This document shows positions 7,624-17,615 of a stretch of DNA of 63,656 bases, piece by piece. The notes below the pieces were generated by a model. It searched no databases and was not told where the DNA came from. It saw only the letters and a program-made list of their open reading frames with translations. The stretch is from the IMG/VR virus record IMGVR_UViG_3300042992_000919, positions 1 through 63,656 of that record; one strand, written 5' to 3'. A program made the position numbers and the translations under genes. The DNA comes from a virus (Duplodnaviria > Caudoviricetes). Position 1 is the stretch's first letter; each line of letters starts with the position of its first letter.

Positions 7624-8889
7624 ATGGCACAAGGATACTCATCATACAATATAATCAGTAGTGAGATTTCATTTAAGAACTCTCCTAACATAGATGCGTT
7701 TGGTAGGCTAAGGGTTAGTAGTCCATTCACATTGTTTGATTCAAGTCATAGATTTGCTGACAACGGACTTTGGTCAACAGGGACTGTAACAGGAGGTGCA
7801 ACATTAGGGAGTGCCACATTTAATGCATCTCAAGGTCTTATTGACTTGACTGTAACTACTGCATCAGGCTCGGAGGTGGTTAGAGAAACCACTAAGGTGT
7901 TCTCGTATCAACCAGGAAAGAGTTTATTGGTACTAAGCACATTTGTAATGAGTCCTGCTAAAACAGGTCTTAGACAAAGGGTTGGATATTATGGAGCTCA
8001 AAATGGTTTATATGTTCAACTAAATAACTCTACTCTTAGCTTTGTTGAGAGAAGTTTAGTTACTGGTTTTGTTAGTGAAACTGAAGTAAATCAATCAGCA
8101 TGGAATGTTGATAAAATGGATGGAACAGGTGTTAGTGGTATTACACTTGATATTACAAAAGCTCAAATATTGTTTATGGATATTGAGTGGTTAGGTCTTG
8201 GAACCGTTAGAATGGGGTTTGTTATAGATGGTAACTTCTATGTTTGCCATAAGTTTCACCATGCTAATTTAATTGCTTCTACATACATAACTACAGCATC
8301 TCTTCCTTTAAGGTATGAAATAACAAATACAGGTGTTACAAGTAGTGCAAGTACATTAAAACAAATATGTTCTACTGTATTGTCTGAAGGAGGTTATCAG
8401 CTTACTGGTCTTCAACAAGCAGTTGGTACTCCTGTAACTACTCCAAAAAACCTACCAGTAGCAGGAACATTTTATCCTGTAGTAAGTTTGCGTCTTAAAA
8501 CATCTCCTGATAGATTAGATGCTATAATTATATGTACAGCAATTTCTATAATAGCAACATCTTCAGCAGATTATAACTGGCAAGTAATAGCAACTGGAGC
8601 TACTACAGGAGGTACTTGGGTGAGTGCAGGAACAGGTTCTTCTGTAGAATACAATATTACTGGAACAAGTTTTACAGGAGGTAGAATACTTGCAAGTGGA
8701 TTTTTTAGTGTATCAAACCAAGGTTCAACTCAGGTTGATATCCTCAAAGAAGCACTCTTTAAAACACAGCTTGAAAGAAATGGATTAACAGGAGTTCCAT
8801 TTGAACTTACTGTTGTAGTTGCTTCTAACACTGGAGGTGGTGGAGGAAATGTTCTTGCATCAATGGACTGGGAGGAAATAAGCAGATAA
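7624..8889 (+). CDS. Putative virion structural protein (DAFGRLRVS family)
   Basis: 421-aa beta-rich ORF; N-terminal DAFGRLRVS motif recalled from aquatic phages. Confidence 0.6.
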   Translation: MAQGYSSYNIISSEISFKNSPNIDAFGRLRVSSPFTLFDSSHRFADNGLWSTGTVTGGATLGSATFNASQGLIDLTVTTASGSEVVRETTKVFSYQPGKSLLVLSTFVMSPAKTGLRQRVGYYGAQNGLYVQLNNSTLSFVERSLVTGFVSETEVNQSAWNVDKMDGTGVSGITLDITKAQILFMDIEWLGLGTVRMGFVIDGNFYVCHKFHHANLIASTYITTASLPLRYEITNTGVTSSASTLKQICSTVLSEGGYQLTGLQQAVGTPVTTPKNLPVAGTFYPVVSLRLKTSPDRLDAIIICTAISIIATSSADYNWQVIATGATTGGTWVSAGTGSSVEYNITGTSFTGGRILASGFFSVSNQGSTQVDILKEALFKTQLERNGLTGVPFELTVVVASNTGGGGGNVLASMDWEEISR

Positions 8890-8890
8890 C

Positions 8891-10240
8891 ATGGCACAGG
8901 GATTCACAAGAGGTACACCGATAGATACAGACCCTAACTTAGCATTAGATAGTGACTTGGTTGTTCCTTCCCAAAAGGCTGTAAAGGATTATATAGACAC
9001 AGGGTTAGCTGATAAGGTAGACAGGGCAGGTGATACGATGTCAGGGAATCTTATCCTAAACACCAACCCTACACTTCCATTACAAGCTGCCACAAAGGAC
9101 TACGTTGATACACTCATAAATGGTTTAGATTGGAAGCAAGCTGCTGATGCAGGTACTGTTGCTGTTCTTCCTGCATATACTGTAACAGGTTCAGGTCAAA
9201 TACTTACAGGAAATGTTAATGGTGCTATACCTTCTGCTACAACTGATAATGTTACTCTTACTGCAAACCAAAGGTTATTAGTAAAGAATGAAACTTCTAC
9301 TCTTACTCCCAACAACGGTATCTATGTAGTAACACAGGTAGGTAGTGGCTCTCTTCCTTTTATACTTACAAGGTCAGCCGATGCTAACACATCTGCGTTA
9401 TTATCTGAGGCTACATTAGGTGTTAAGAATGGAACTACGCTTGCTAATACACAATGGCATTGTAATCCTGCTGCTATACCTATAATTATAGGAACAACAA
9501 ATATTACATTTGCTCAGATAGGTGGAGGCAATTATACATTTAGCCCTCCGTTAGCGGTAGCAGGAAACATTGTTTCTATACCACCTGCAACATCTTCTGT
9601 AGATGGATATTTAACAGCTTCTGACCATTTACTTTTTAGTGGTAAGCAAGATGCTCTTACAGATACAAAGTCAGTTAAAATTGTATCTAATAATGTTGAA
9701 CTTGATGGAGATTTAACAACTCCATTAGCTAACTATGTATATGGTACTAATGGATCAGGAACAAGAGGATGGAAACCAGACCCTACAGGTGGTGGTAATT
9801 CAATAGGTGAATTAACTGGTGATGTAACAGCAGGTCCTGCATCATCTCCAAGTCAATCTGTAGCATCTACATTAAAAGCCAATCTAAAAACAGGCTCTTG
9901 CGGTGTTACATTTGATGGTCAAGGAGGAACAATCAGCAATGGTAAAACTGCTTATGTGCAAGTGCCATATGCAGGTACAATAACAGGATGGACATTGGTT
10001 GCTAATGTGGCAGGAAATTGTACTGTAACTGTGTTTAAAGATACCTATATTAACTATCCACCTACATCACCAACAGATAATATATTTGTTACACAACCTG
10101 CTTTATTGGGCGTAAATAAACAACAAAATCCAAGTGCAATATCTGTAGCAGTTACAGCAGGAGATTACATAGGATTCACTATATCAGGTGTGCTTACAGT
10201 TAGTTGGGTGAACTTAACATTGACAATCAATAAAACATGA
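8891..10240 (+). CDS. Tail fibre protein
   Basis: AATKDYVD...GLDWK...RLLVKNE...NGIYVV...LTRSADA tail-fibre domain pattern. Confidence 0.75.
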   Translation: MAQGFTRGTPIDTDPNLALDSDLVVPSQKAVKDYIDTGLADKVDRAGDTMSGNLILNTNPTLPLQAATKDYVDTLINGLDWKQAADAGTVAVLPAYTVTGSGQILTGNVNGAIPSATTDNVTLTANQRLLVKNETSTLTPNNGIYVVTQVGSGSLPFILTRSADANTSALLSEATLGVKNGTTLANTQWHCNPAAIPIIIGTTNITFAQIGGGNYTFSPPLAVAGNIVSIPPATSSVDGYLTASDHLLFSGKQDALTDTKSVKIVSNNVELDGDLTTPLANYVYGTNGSGTRGWKPDPTGGGNSIGELTGDVTAGPASSPSQSVASTLKANLKTGSCGVTFDGQGGTISNGKTAYVQVPYAGTITGWTLVANVAGNCTVTVFKDTYINYPPTSPTDNIFVTQPALLGVNKQQNPSAISVAVTAGDYIGFTISGVLTVSWVNLTLTINKT

Positions 10241-10479
10241 CGTATAAAATACTTTCTTCAAGACAGGCAGATATTACTCTTATTACTACAGTAGAGTATA
10301 ACTTAGATGGTACTATTGTTACCACAGAAGTGCCTCATTTCATGCCTAAATCTCAAGAGGAGATTGAGCAGAACATCATCAACAGAGCAGCTTCTGAAAT
10401 GGCAAGGCTACAAGCAGAGCAAGAGATTGCTAACCTAATACCATCACTTCCTATTAACGAGGAAAAGCCTATTGAGTAA
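10237..10479 (+). CDS. 80-aa fibre-associated protein, copy A (chaperone/connector?)
   Basis: Paralog of 15402..15644; TAATG-coupled to the next gene. Confidence 0.7.
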   Translation: MTYKILSSRQADITLITTVEYNLDGTIVTTEVPHFMPKSQEEIEQNIINRAASEMARLQAEQEIANLIPSLPINEEKPIE

Positions 10480-12167
10480 TGGCAACTAAAACATGGACAG
10501 GAGCTGGCGCTAATGAACTATGGAATACTGCGGCTAATTGGAGTGGTGGAACTATTCCTGTTACAGGAGATGACATTATTTTTGATGGTGTTGCTGCTAA
10601 TGGAAAAAAGAATTGCACATTAAATGTTGGATTTACAGCTTTATCTGTAACATTTACATCAGGATATAGCAACACTGGAGTATCTCCATTTAATGGCACT
10701 TTTACCTTTGGAAACAATTTAGTTATAGGAACTGGAGGTCTTACTTTAGGTATAAATAGTACATATGCAACCAATGCTACACCTACTTCATATAGTATAA
10801 CATTTAATGCTACTTGTACATTTACGGCTAATGGAAAAATACTTCCTACAAATGTGACACTTGGTGCAAGTGCAACAACTTTAACAATAAATGGAAACGC
10901 TGATTTTGGGGGAAATATATTGCAACAAACTACCAGTCATACAATAAAATCAGCAGTTGGAGTTCCATGTGATTTAAAAATTGGTGGCAATATAGTTTTG
11001 GGAGCTATGACAACAAATGTCACAGACCATGTTACAATTAAAGGATATGGAGGAACACTTGTTTCTCCAAAAACATTTAGTTCAAATTCCGCATCATCTA
11101 ATGCAAGAGTTTCTTTTATTAGTGGAAGTTTTTATACATCATCAGGTAGTTCTGCTCTTAGTGGTGCAAGTTTTTTAACAGTAGAAATAGGTGGGCAGTT
11201 TAATGCTAATGCTGCTCATACTTTTAATAATACAACAACAACTGTTTCTGGTTTTAATTCATCTAATAATTCTGACTTTTTTGCATATATAGGAGGAACA
11301 CTTGTATTATCTACTGATACAGTAATAAAATCTTTTATACAAATACAAACAGTAGCTATTACAATAACCTCAGGTGCTTCAAAATTATTATTAGAGGGGA
11401 ATTTAACATCTACAAGTTCAGCAACTACTATAATAGATAGATTAGAGTTTTCTGGAACAACAGCAAGTACTGTATCAGCGGTAACTACAACAAGTAATTT
11501 ACGAATAATAAATCTTTCATTTAATAAAACAGGAGCTGGTTCTGTAAATTTTACATCAACTGAATTTAGACTATTTATTCCTTCTGCTACAACATACACA
11601 TGGACTCATACATCAGGAGCAATTACCTATTCACCTACCTCTGTTATAAGGATTCAATATAATACAACAAGCTCAACTTTGGTGTATTCTGAGTCAGGTT
11701 CATTATCAACACTATCTACAATTAACTCACTAATTTTATCTGCTGGCATACTGCAAATTAATTCACCATTGAGGGCAACTACACTTACAATATTAGGAAC
11801 TTCAATTGTGTTTACTGGTTCAGCAGGATGGACTTGTGATAACTTAATCTGTTCAACACAAGGAACTACTATAACACTACAAAGCCTAATTACATATACC
11901 ACAACTACATCTGTGAATATGTTAGGAGCTAATGCTTCAAGAATACTTATGAGGTCAAGTGATTTAACAATACCTTATGACTTGGCTATTTGGACTTTTA
12001 ATGGCAATACTCAATCTATGGTATATGTAAATGCAACAGCAATAAATAGTTCATTAGGTCAAACAATATGGAGTTTTCAAGGAACAACAAATGGTATTGA
12101 TCCTTCAACACTAAATTGGAATCCAGGAACAAAACCTGAAACACAGGGGATAACATTTGTTAATTAA
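10479..12167 (+). CDS. Beta-helix adhesin-like protein 1 (WTGAG N-terminus, TFVN C-terminus)
   Basis: WTGAGANELWNTAANW start; Thr/Ser/Gly/Asn-rich, like an autotransporter passenger domain. Confidence 0.7.
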   Translation: MATKTWTGAGANELWNTAANWSGGTIPVTGDDIIFDGVAANGKKNCTLNVGFTALSVTFTSGYSNTGVSPFNGTFTFGNNLVIGTGGLTLGINSTYATNATPTSYSITFNATCTFTANGKILPTNVTLGASATTLTINGNADFGGNILQQTTSHTIKSAVGVPCDLKIGGNIVLGAMTTNVTDHVTIKGYGGTLVSPKTFSSNSASSNARVSFISGSFYTSSGSSALSGASFLTVEIGGQFNANAAHTFNNTTTTVSGFNSSNNSDFFAYIGGTLVLSTDTVIKSFIQIQTVAITITSGASKLLLEGNLTSTSSATTIIDRLEFSGTTASTVSAVTTTSNLRIINLSFNKTGAGSVNFTSTEFRLFIPSATTYTWTHTSGAITYSPTSVIRIQYNTTSSTLVYSESGSLSTLSTINSLILSAGILQINSPLRATTLTILGTSIVFTGSAGWTCDNLICSTQGTTITLQSLITYTTTTSVNMLGANASRILMRSSDLTIPYDLAIWTFNGNTQSMVYVNATAINSSLGQTIWSFQGTTNGIDPSTLNWNPGTKPETQGITFVN

Positions 12168-12185
12168 GAATAAAACTATTAAGTA

Positions 12186-15100
12186 ATGCCTATTTGGACA
12201 GGAGCAGGAGTAGATAATAATTATAGTACAGCAGCTAATTGGGATACTGGTGTTCCAACAGCAACTTCAGATGCTATATTTGATGGTAATACTGGATTAT
12301 ATCCTAATGCTAATAAGAATTGTATCATAACACCATCTGCACAATGTAGGTCATTAAACTGTACAGGATATGCAGGTCAAATAAATTTTACTAATAACTT
12401 AACTGTAGCTGCAAATGTTACATTAGGGAGTGGTATGACTACCACTGGAACGGCTAATCTTATAATAACTGGAACAAGCACTTTAACTTCTGCTGGCGTT
12501 CAATTAAGTGGAGGGCTACAATTTACTCCATCTACTTTTGGTCTTACTGGTACTATTGCAGACAATTGGACTATTGTAGGCTCTCTATCAAGAACAGGAG
12601 GAAATGCATATACAATTACAGGAAGTGGTGGAGTTAGAACCATAAGTGTACAGGGAAGTTTTACTGGTGGTTTGACTATTAATAACATAACTATAAGAAT
12701 GACTGGCACTGGAAATTTATCAGGAGGTGCAGGATCTGGAGGTGGTGGTTCTATTGAAATTGATACAGCAGGTACAATATCTCATAATGGAACATTCTCA
12801 CTTAACGGGATAGTTTTTACATATATAAATGGTACATTTAATTCAACAGCTACATTAGCCTGTGGAGCCAATACTTCTGTATTTAATAATTGGGGGAATA
12901 TTAGTAGAGCTTTTTTTGCATTTGATTGGAATGTTAATCTCGGAGGTCAATCTGTAAATCTAAACTCAGATATATATATTACCACTAATTTGACGTTTAG
13001 TGCTGGTCCTGGAAATTTTAATGGAGTAGGAAGAACAGTATTTATTTACGGAAACATTTCAGGAGCAGGTAATGGATTAGGTGGTACTGCAACAGTACAA
13101 ATGGAAGGCTCTACAAATGCATCTATTAACATAAGTTCCATTTTAAACAATCTAAACATTAATAAAAGCGGAGCTGCAACAGTTACTATTCTAAATCCTT
13201 TAAATTGGGGAGCAGCAGGTAGAACCCTTAATATAATCACAGGGAATAATTTAATACTTTCTGCTGTCTTAAATGTATTAGGAGGCACAGTAACTGCTGT
13301 TGGTATTATTACAGGACCATCAAATCTTGTAATTATTGGAACATCTACATTAGATATTGCTACTGGTGTTACTATACCAAATCTTAGAGCAAATCCTGGA
13401 GCATCTATTACAATAACATTGATAAGAACTACTGTTGTCACAAATTTCTCTAAAACAGGAACAAATTTTTCAAATGTTACATTTTCTTCAAGCACAGCAG
13501 GAACTGAATTAAGGATAACAAACTATACATCTCATACTTTTAACCTTGGTACTACCATAATGGGTACAAATACTACATTACGCTTTATGGGTACTTGTAG
13601 CTTTGACAGCTTTAGAATTGCAGGTAATGTAGTACTTGATACAGGAGCAACATTAACACCATTAGCTGTAAGTTCCCTACTTACATCAATAACTTTTGAT
13701 GGCAATACTACACTTAATTTTTCTGCTGGAACTCTTGTATTACCTGCTATATCTAACTCTAATAAATTAGGAACTGGCTTCGTATTTCAAGCAGGTACAG
13801 CTCATACAATTAATCTTGGAAACTCTAATGCTATTGACTGGGTTGCTTGTAATAATGGGCCAACTATAACTCTTGGCTCAACACTTACAATTAATAAAGC
13901 AATTAATCAAGGTACAAGTGCCCCTGCTTTTGCAGGAGGGTTTAATGTTATAGTTAAAGAATCTTTAGCAACATCTTCAATAGCAAATTGGTATCAATTA
14001 AATATTTCTGGAGGTGGAAGATTTATATATCAAAGTAGTGCTACAGGGTTTATAGGAACTGGTTATATTGTAGGAACAACACTGTTTATTACATCAGTTA
14101 TTCAAGGGACACTTGGATATTTTTCTATTGTTCATGTTCCATCATCAACATCTACATTATACACCCAAATAACAAACTGTACAACTTTTCCAACAGCAGG
14201 AACTGGCCAATATACAGTTCAAACATCAATGACTGTTGGAAGTGTTGGTTCTCCTGTTACAATATATGGTTTTGGGATAGGGTTTTTAGGAACAAATGGT
14301 GTAGTTGAAATAGATGCAGGTTCAAACCCAGTTTATTTACACCAAATTAGTTTATTTGCAAGCACTTCAGAATTAAGATACCTTTCAACAAATACAGGTA
14401 CTTTTGATGGTTCAAAAGCAAGGATTTTAAATTCAGTAGGAGGAGTTGGTGGTTCTGTTGATTTTCAAGGTCAAAGCAGTCCTACTAAATTTATTAATCG
14501 TTTTAGCCCTGGTTATAGTACTAATGGTCTATTAAACTTAAAAAGCGATTTATATGTAAATGATTTTGAGTGTCAAAATTCAAGTGGATTAACTCAATCA
14601 GGAGGCACTCGGACACTTTATGTATATAGAGATTTTTTAGTGAATAATGATGGAATAAGAGTTCTTGTTCCTAACATAAGATTAGAAGGTTCATCTCCTG
14701 CTAATTTTACCTGTACAAATTTGTATGGTAATGTTGTAATTGCAAAAAGTGGAGGAGCTACTGTAACAGTTACTCAAAATTTCAACTATGGTTATGCTAC
14801 CCCAACTACCTTTACATACACATCTGGCATTGTAAACAACACAGGAAGAACAATAACAATAACAGGTAATTCTACATTTAATACAAGTGGGATGACTGGC
14901 AGCAGTGCTTGGAATAATTTTACAATAAATTCAGGTATTACACTTACGCTTAGTTCAACATTAAATATAAATGGAAATTTACTTTGTAATGGTTCTGCAA
15001 CATTTACTGGAACTGCTGGATGGGATTGTGCAAACTTAGTTTCTACAGCAGCAGGTACATTTATTATAACATTACAGCAAGCTGTTACATATAGAACAAG

Positions 15101-15368
15101 ACTACAAGCATTTATTACAGGAGGTGTAAGCACGACAGTTGGCACTACAATAATTTCATCAGGGGCATCAACAAGGGCTATATGGACATTAGACCAAGGA
15201 GCATCTCAATCATTGATATATGTCAATGGAACAAGGATAGATTCTTCACAAGGGCAAACTGTATGGACATTTGGAGGTTTAATTAGCACAACTCCTGTTG
15301 GAGCAGAAACTCTTAACTGGAATATAGGCTCACCTCCAGGTACTTTTGCATACACATTTGTAAATTAA
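12186..15368 (+). CDS. Beta-helix adhesin-like protein 2 (1060 aa)
   Basis: Same N-terminal and C-terminal motifs as 10479..12167. Confidence 0.7.
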   Translation: MPIWTGAGVDNNYSTAANWDTGVPTATSDAIFDGNTGLYPNANKNCIITPSAQCRSLNCTGYAGQINFTNNLTVAANVTLGSGMTTTGTANLIITGTSTLTSAGVQLSGGLQFTPSTFGLTGTIADNWTIVGSLSRTGGNAYTITGSGGVRTISVQGSFTGGLTINNITIRMTGTGNLSGGAGSGGGGSIEIDTAGTISHNGTFSLNGIVFTYINGTFNSTATLACGANTSVFNNWGNISRAFFAFDWNVNLGGQSVNLNSDIYITTNLTFSAGPGNFNGVGRTVFIYGNISGAGNGLGGTATVQMEGSTNASINISSILNNLNINKSGAATVTILNPLNWGAAGRTLNIITGNNLILSAVLNVLGGTVTAVGIITGPSNLVIIGTSTLDIATGVTIPNLRANPGASITITLIRTTVVTNFSKTGTNFSNVTFSSSTAGTELRITNYTSHTFNLGTTIMGTNTTLRFMGTCSFDSFRIAGNVVLDTGATLTPLAVSSLLTSITFDGNTTLNFSAGTLVLPAISNSNKLGTGFVFQAGTAHTINLGNSNAIDWVACNNGPTITLGSTLTINKAINQGTSAPAFAGGFNVIVKESLATSSIANWYQLNISGGGRFIYQSSATGFIGTGYIVGTTLFITSVIQGTLGYFSIVHVPSSTSTLYTQITNCTTFPTAGTGQYTVQTSMTVGSVGSPVTIYGFGIGFLGTNGVVEIDAGSNPVYLHQISLFASTSELRYLSTNTGTFDGSKARILNSVGGVGGSVDFQGQSSPTKFINRFSPGYSTNGLLNLKSDLYVNDFECQNSSGLTQSGGTRTLYVYRDFLVNNDGIRVLVPNIRLEGSSPANFTCTNLYGNVVIAKSGGATVTVTQNFNYGYATPTTFTYTSGIVNNTGRTITITGNSTFNTSGMTGSSAWNNFTINSGITLTLSSTLNINGNLLCNGSATFTGTAGWDCANLVSTAAGTFIITLQQAVTYRTRLQAFITGGVSTTVGTTIISSGASTRAIWTLDQGASQSLIYVNGTRIDSSQGQTVWTFGGLISTTPVGAETLNWNIGSPPGTFAYTFVN

Positions 15369-15375
15369 TTTTAAG

Positions 15376-15383
15376 TATATTTG
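15376..15383 (+). promoter_or_regulatory. Possible Bacteroidota -7 element TATATTTG
   Basis: TAnnTTTG in a short intergenic gap, 18 nt before the ATG. Confidence 0.45.
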
Positions 15384-15401
15384 TAAAGAAAGTAATAAGC
15401 T

Positions 15402-15644
15402 ATGACATACAAAATTATTTCTACAAGACAGTCAAAAGAAATATTATTTACTACAGTTGAATATAACTTTGATGGTGAAATTATTTCTAATGATGTTGCT
15501 CACTTTATGCCTCAATCACAAGAGGAAGTTGAACAAACTATTGTAAATAATGCTCAATCTATTTTAGCTCAAAAAGAAGCTGAAGATAGAATTGCTACTA
15601 TTATTCCATCATTATCTATTAACGAAATTAAAACTATATTATAA
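15402..15644 (+). CDS. 80-aa fibre-associated protein, copy B
   Basis: MTYKI..RQ...TTVEYN.DG...HFMP.SQEE.EQ shared with 10237..10479. Confidence 0.7.
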   Translation: MTYKIISTRQSKEILFTTVEYNFDGEIISNDVAHFMPQSQEEVEQTIVNNAQSILAQKEAEDRIATIIPSLSINEIKTIL

Positions 15645-16858
15645 TGCCAACTTGGACAGGAGCAGGAGCAAATAATAATTGGAGTACAGGATTAAACTGG
15701 GATACTTTATCAGCACCAACGGCAGCTCAACCTGCTATATTTGATGGAGTTACAGGAGTACTTCCTAATAAAAATGTAACTATAACATCAGGAGCAACTT
15801 GTGCTTCTATAACATTTGTTGGATATACAGGAGAAGCTAACTTTACAAACAATTTAACTGTAGCAGGTAACATTACTTTTGGAACAGGAATGAGTTTCAA
15901 TAATGCTGGAACAGCTAATTTAGTTTGCACAGGTAACAATGGTGTATTAACATCTAATAATAAAACATTTCCAGGGGGTATTGTAATAGGTCACACAGGA
16001 ATAAATTGGACAACTTTTTTAGCTGATAATTGGACTATACTTGGTAGTATTAGCAGACAATCAACCGCAGACCTTTTAAGAGGCCAAACAACAACAAGAA
16101 CATTAACAGTTGGAGGCAGCGTTTTATTTAGCACAGGGTTAAGGATACAAGATATAGTTATAAAATTAAATAATACAGGAAACTTATCTGGAATTGTTAC
16201 GGGTATCGGTGGAACCACAAGAATAGAAATAGACACTCCTTCTGGAGCAATAACACATAATGCGGCATTGCGATTAAATGGAGTTGTGTTTAGATGGATT
16301 CAAGGAACATTTACATCAACGGCAGCATTGGAATTAGGGTCTGCTGGAAATGTTTTAGATAATGTTGGTTCTATATCATTTTCAAGTTTGAGTTTTGTTG
16401 CCGCTGCTGGCGGTGTAAGTGCAACAATACTATCGAATGTCAATGTGACAAATAACATGATATCAAATGCAAATGGATATACAATAAATGGATTGTTCAA
16501 TATTTTTGTTGGAGGAAGTATTCTGCTTGGAAGCAGTACACCATTTATTGATGGAACATCAACTATTGTAATGAATGGAGCTATTGCAGCCAATATTGGT
16601 ACTGCTGGATATAATACAACAATAAGAAATAATTTAACTATAAGTAAAACATTACCTGCGACAGTTTCTATATTGAGTCCAACTTTTACTTGGGGTGCAG
16701 CAGGAAGAACATTGAATTTAAATTCAACTGCAAATTTTGCAACTAATAGTACAACATTAACATTAGTAGGAACTCCATTAACTATATTAAATGCAAGTAA
16801 TAGTCAATTTTGGAATTTAACAACAGCAGCAGTAGCTCAAACAATTAATATAAATTAA
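15644..16858 (+). CDS. Adhesin-like protein 3, N-terminal part (lacks the family C-terminal domain)
   Basis: WTGAG start; segments collinear with 12186 (TNNLTVA, WGAAGRTLN). Confidence 0.7.
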   Translation: MPTWTGAGANNNWSTGLNWDTLSAPTAAQPAIFDGVTGVLPNKNVTITSGATCASITFVGYTGEANFTNNLTVAGNITFGTGMSFNNAGTANLVCTGNNGVLTSNNKTFPGGIVIGHTGINWTTFLADNWTILGSISRQSTADLLRGQTTTRTLTVGGSVLFSTGLRIQDIVIKLNNTGNLSGIVTGIGGTTRIEIDTPSGAITHNAALRLNGVVFRWIQGTFTSTAALELGSAGNVLDNVGSISFSSLSFVAAAGGVSATILSNVNVTNNMISNANGYTINGLFNIFVGGSILLGSSTPFIDGTSTIVMNGAIAANIGTAGYNTTIRNNLTISKTLPATVSILSPTFTWGAAGRTLNLNSTANFATNSTTLTLVGTPLTILNASNSQFWNLTTAAVAQTININ

Positions 16859-16860
16859 CA

Positions 16861-17547
16861 ATGGCTATAACTATAACAAATATATTAACAATAAGTAATA
16901 GTACAACATTTAGTGGTACAGAAGGTTTTACAACTAAAGATTATATACAGATAGTTCCTAATAGTACAGTTACATTAAAATCAGGAGTTACTTATACTGT
17001 AACAGGACAATTAACCATTACAGGAACATCAAGTCAAAGATGTGTTTTAAGATCAGATACTCCAATATCAACTACTGGTTCTATATCAACTCCTTTTACT
17101 TTAAATACTACATCTATTACAGTACCTACACCTCCAGTAGGATTTAATTATATAATGAGTCAATCTTCATTAAATGTTGGAATATTAAGAAGACCTGTTG
17201 TTGCAATGAATGGTACTGACCCTTCTCTTCTTACTTCATTTCCAGTAGTAAGTCCAGGTACTGGTACAAGTTTTACTTTATCTAGAACTTTTTCTTTAAG
17301 TCCAAGAGGAGTACAAATAGGATTAAGTGCAAAATTTATTCATACTGCTAGTGGAGGTGATACTGCTAGAAATATTAATTTTGTAAATACTTTTGATATA
17401 GATAGTTTAGGAAGTGTTGGTACAATTAAAGCAGATAATTCTTATCAAAATAGAGTGGGAATTCCTAATCCTAATCTATGGAGAACACTTAATTGGGATT
17501 CACTAAATCAATTATTACCAAATATTATTGAAGGATATATTGAATAA
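16861..17547 (+). CDS. Adhesin-like protein 3, C-terminal part or separate tip protein
   Basis: Begins where paralogs enter their C-terminal domain; C-terminus close to that of 17616..19871. Confidence 0.65.
   Translation: MAITITNILTISNSTTFSGTEGFTTKDYIQIVPNSTVTLKSGVTYTVTGQLTITGTSSQRCVLRSDTPISTTGSISTPFTLNTTSITVPTPPVGFNYIMSQSSLNVGILRRPVVAMNGTDPSLLTSFPVVSPGTGTSFTLSRTFSLSPRGVQIGLSAKFIHTASGGDTARNINFVNTFDIDSLGSVGTIKADNSYQNRVGIPNPNLWRTLNWDSLNQLLPNIIEGYIE
17389..17547 (+). repeat. Dispersed repeat, homologous to 19716..19871
   Basis: Both encode TFDIDS.G...TIKADNSYQNRVGIP.PN.WRT.NWD.LN.LLPNIIEGY.E. Confidence 0.85.
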
Positions 17548-17615
17548 TCTTTATTATACTAATATATTATATATAATATGTATGAAATTATAGATTTTAA
17601 AAAATAAAAAAAAAT

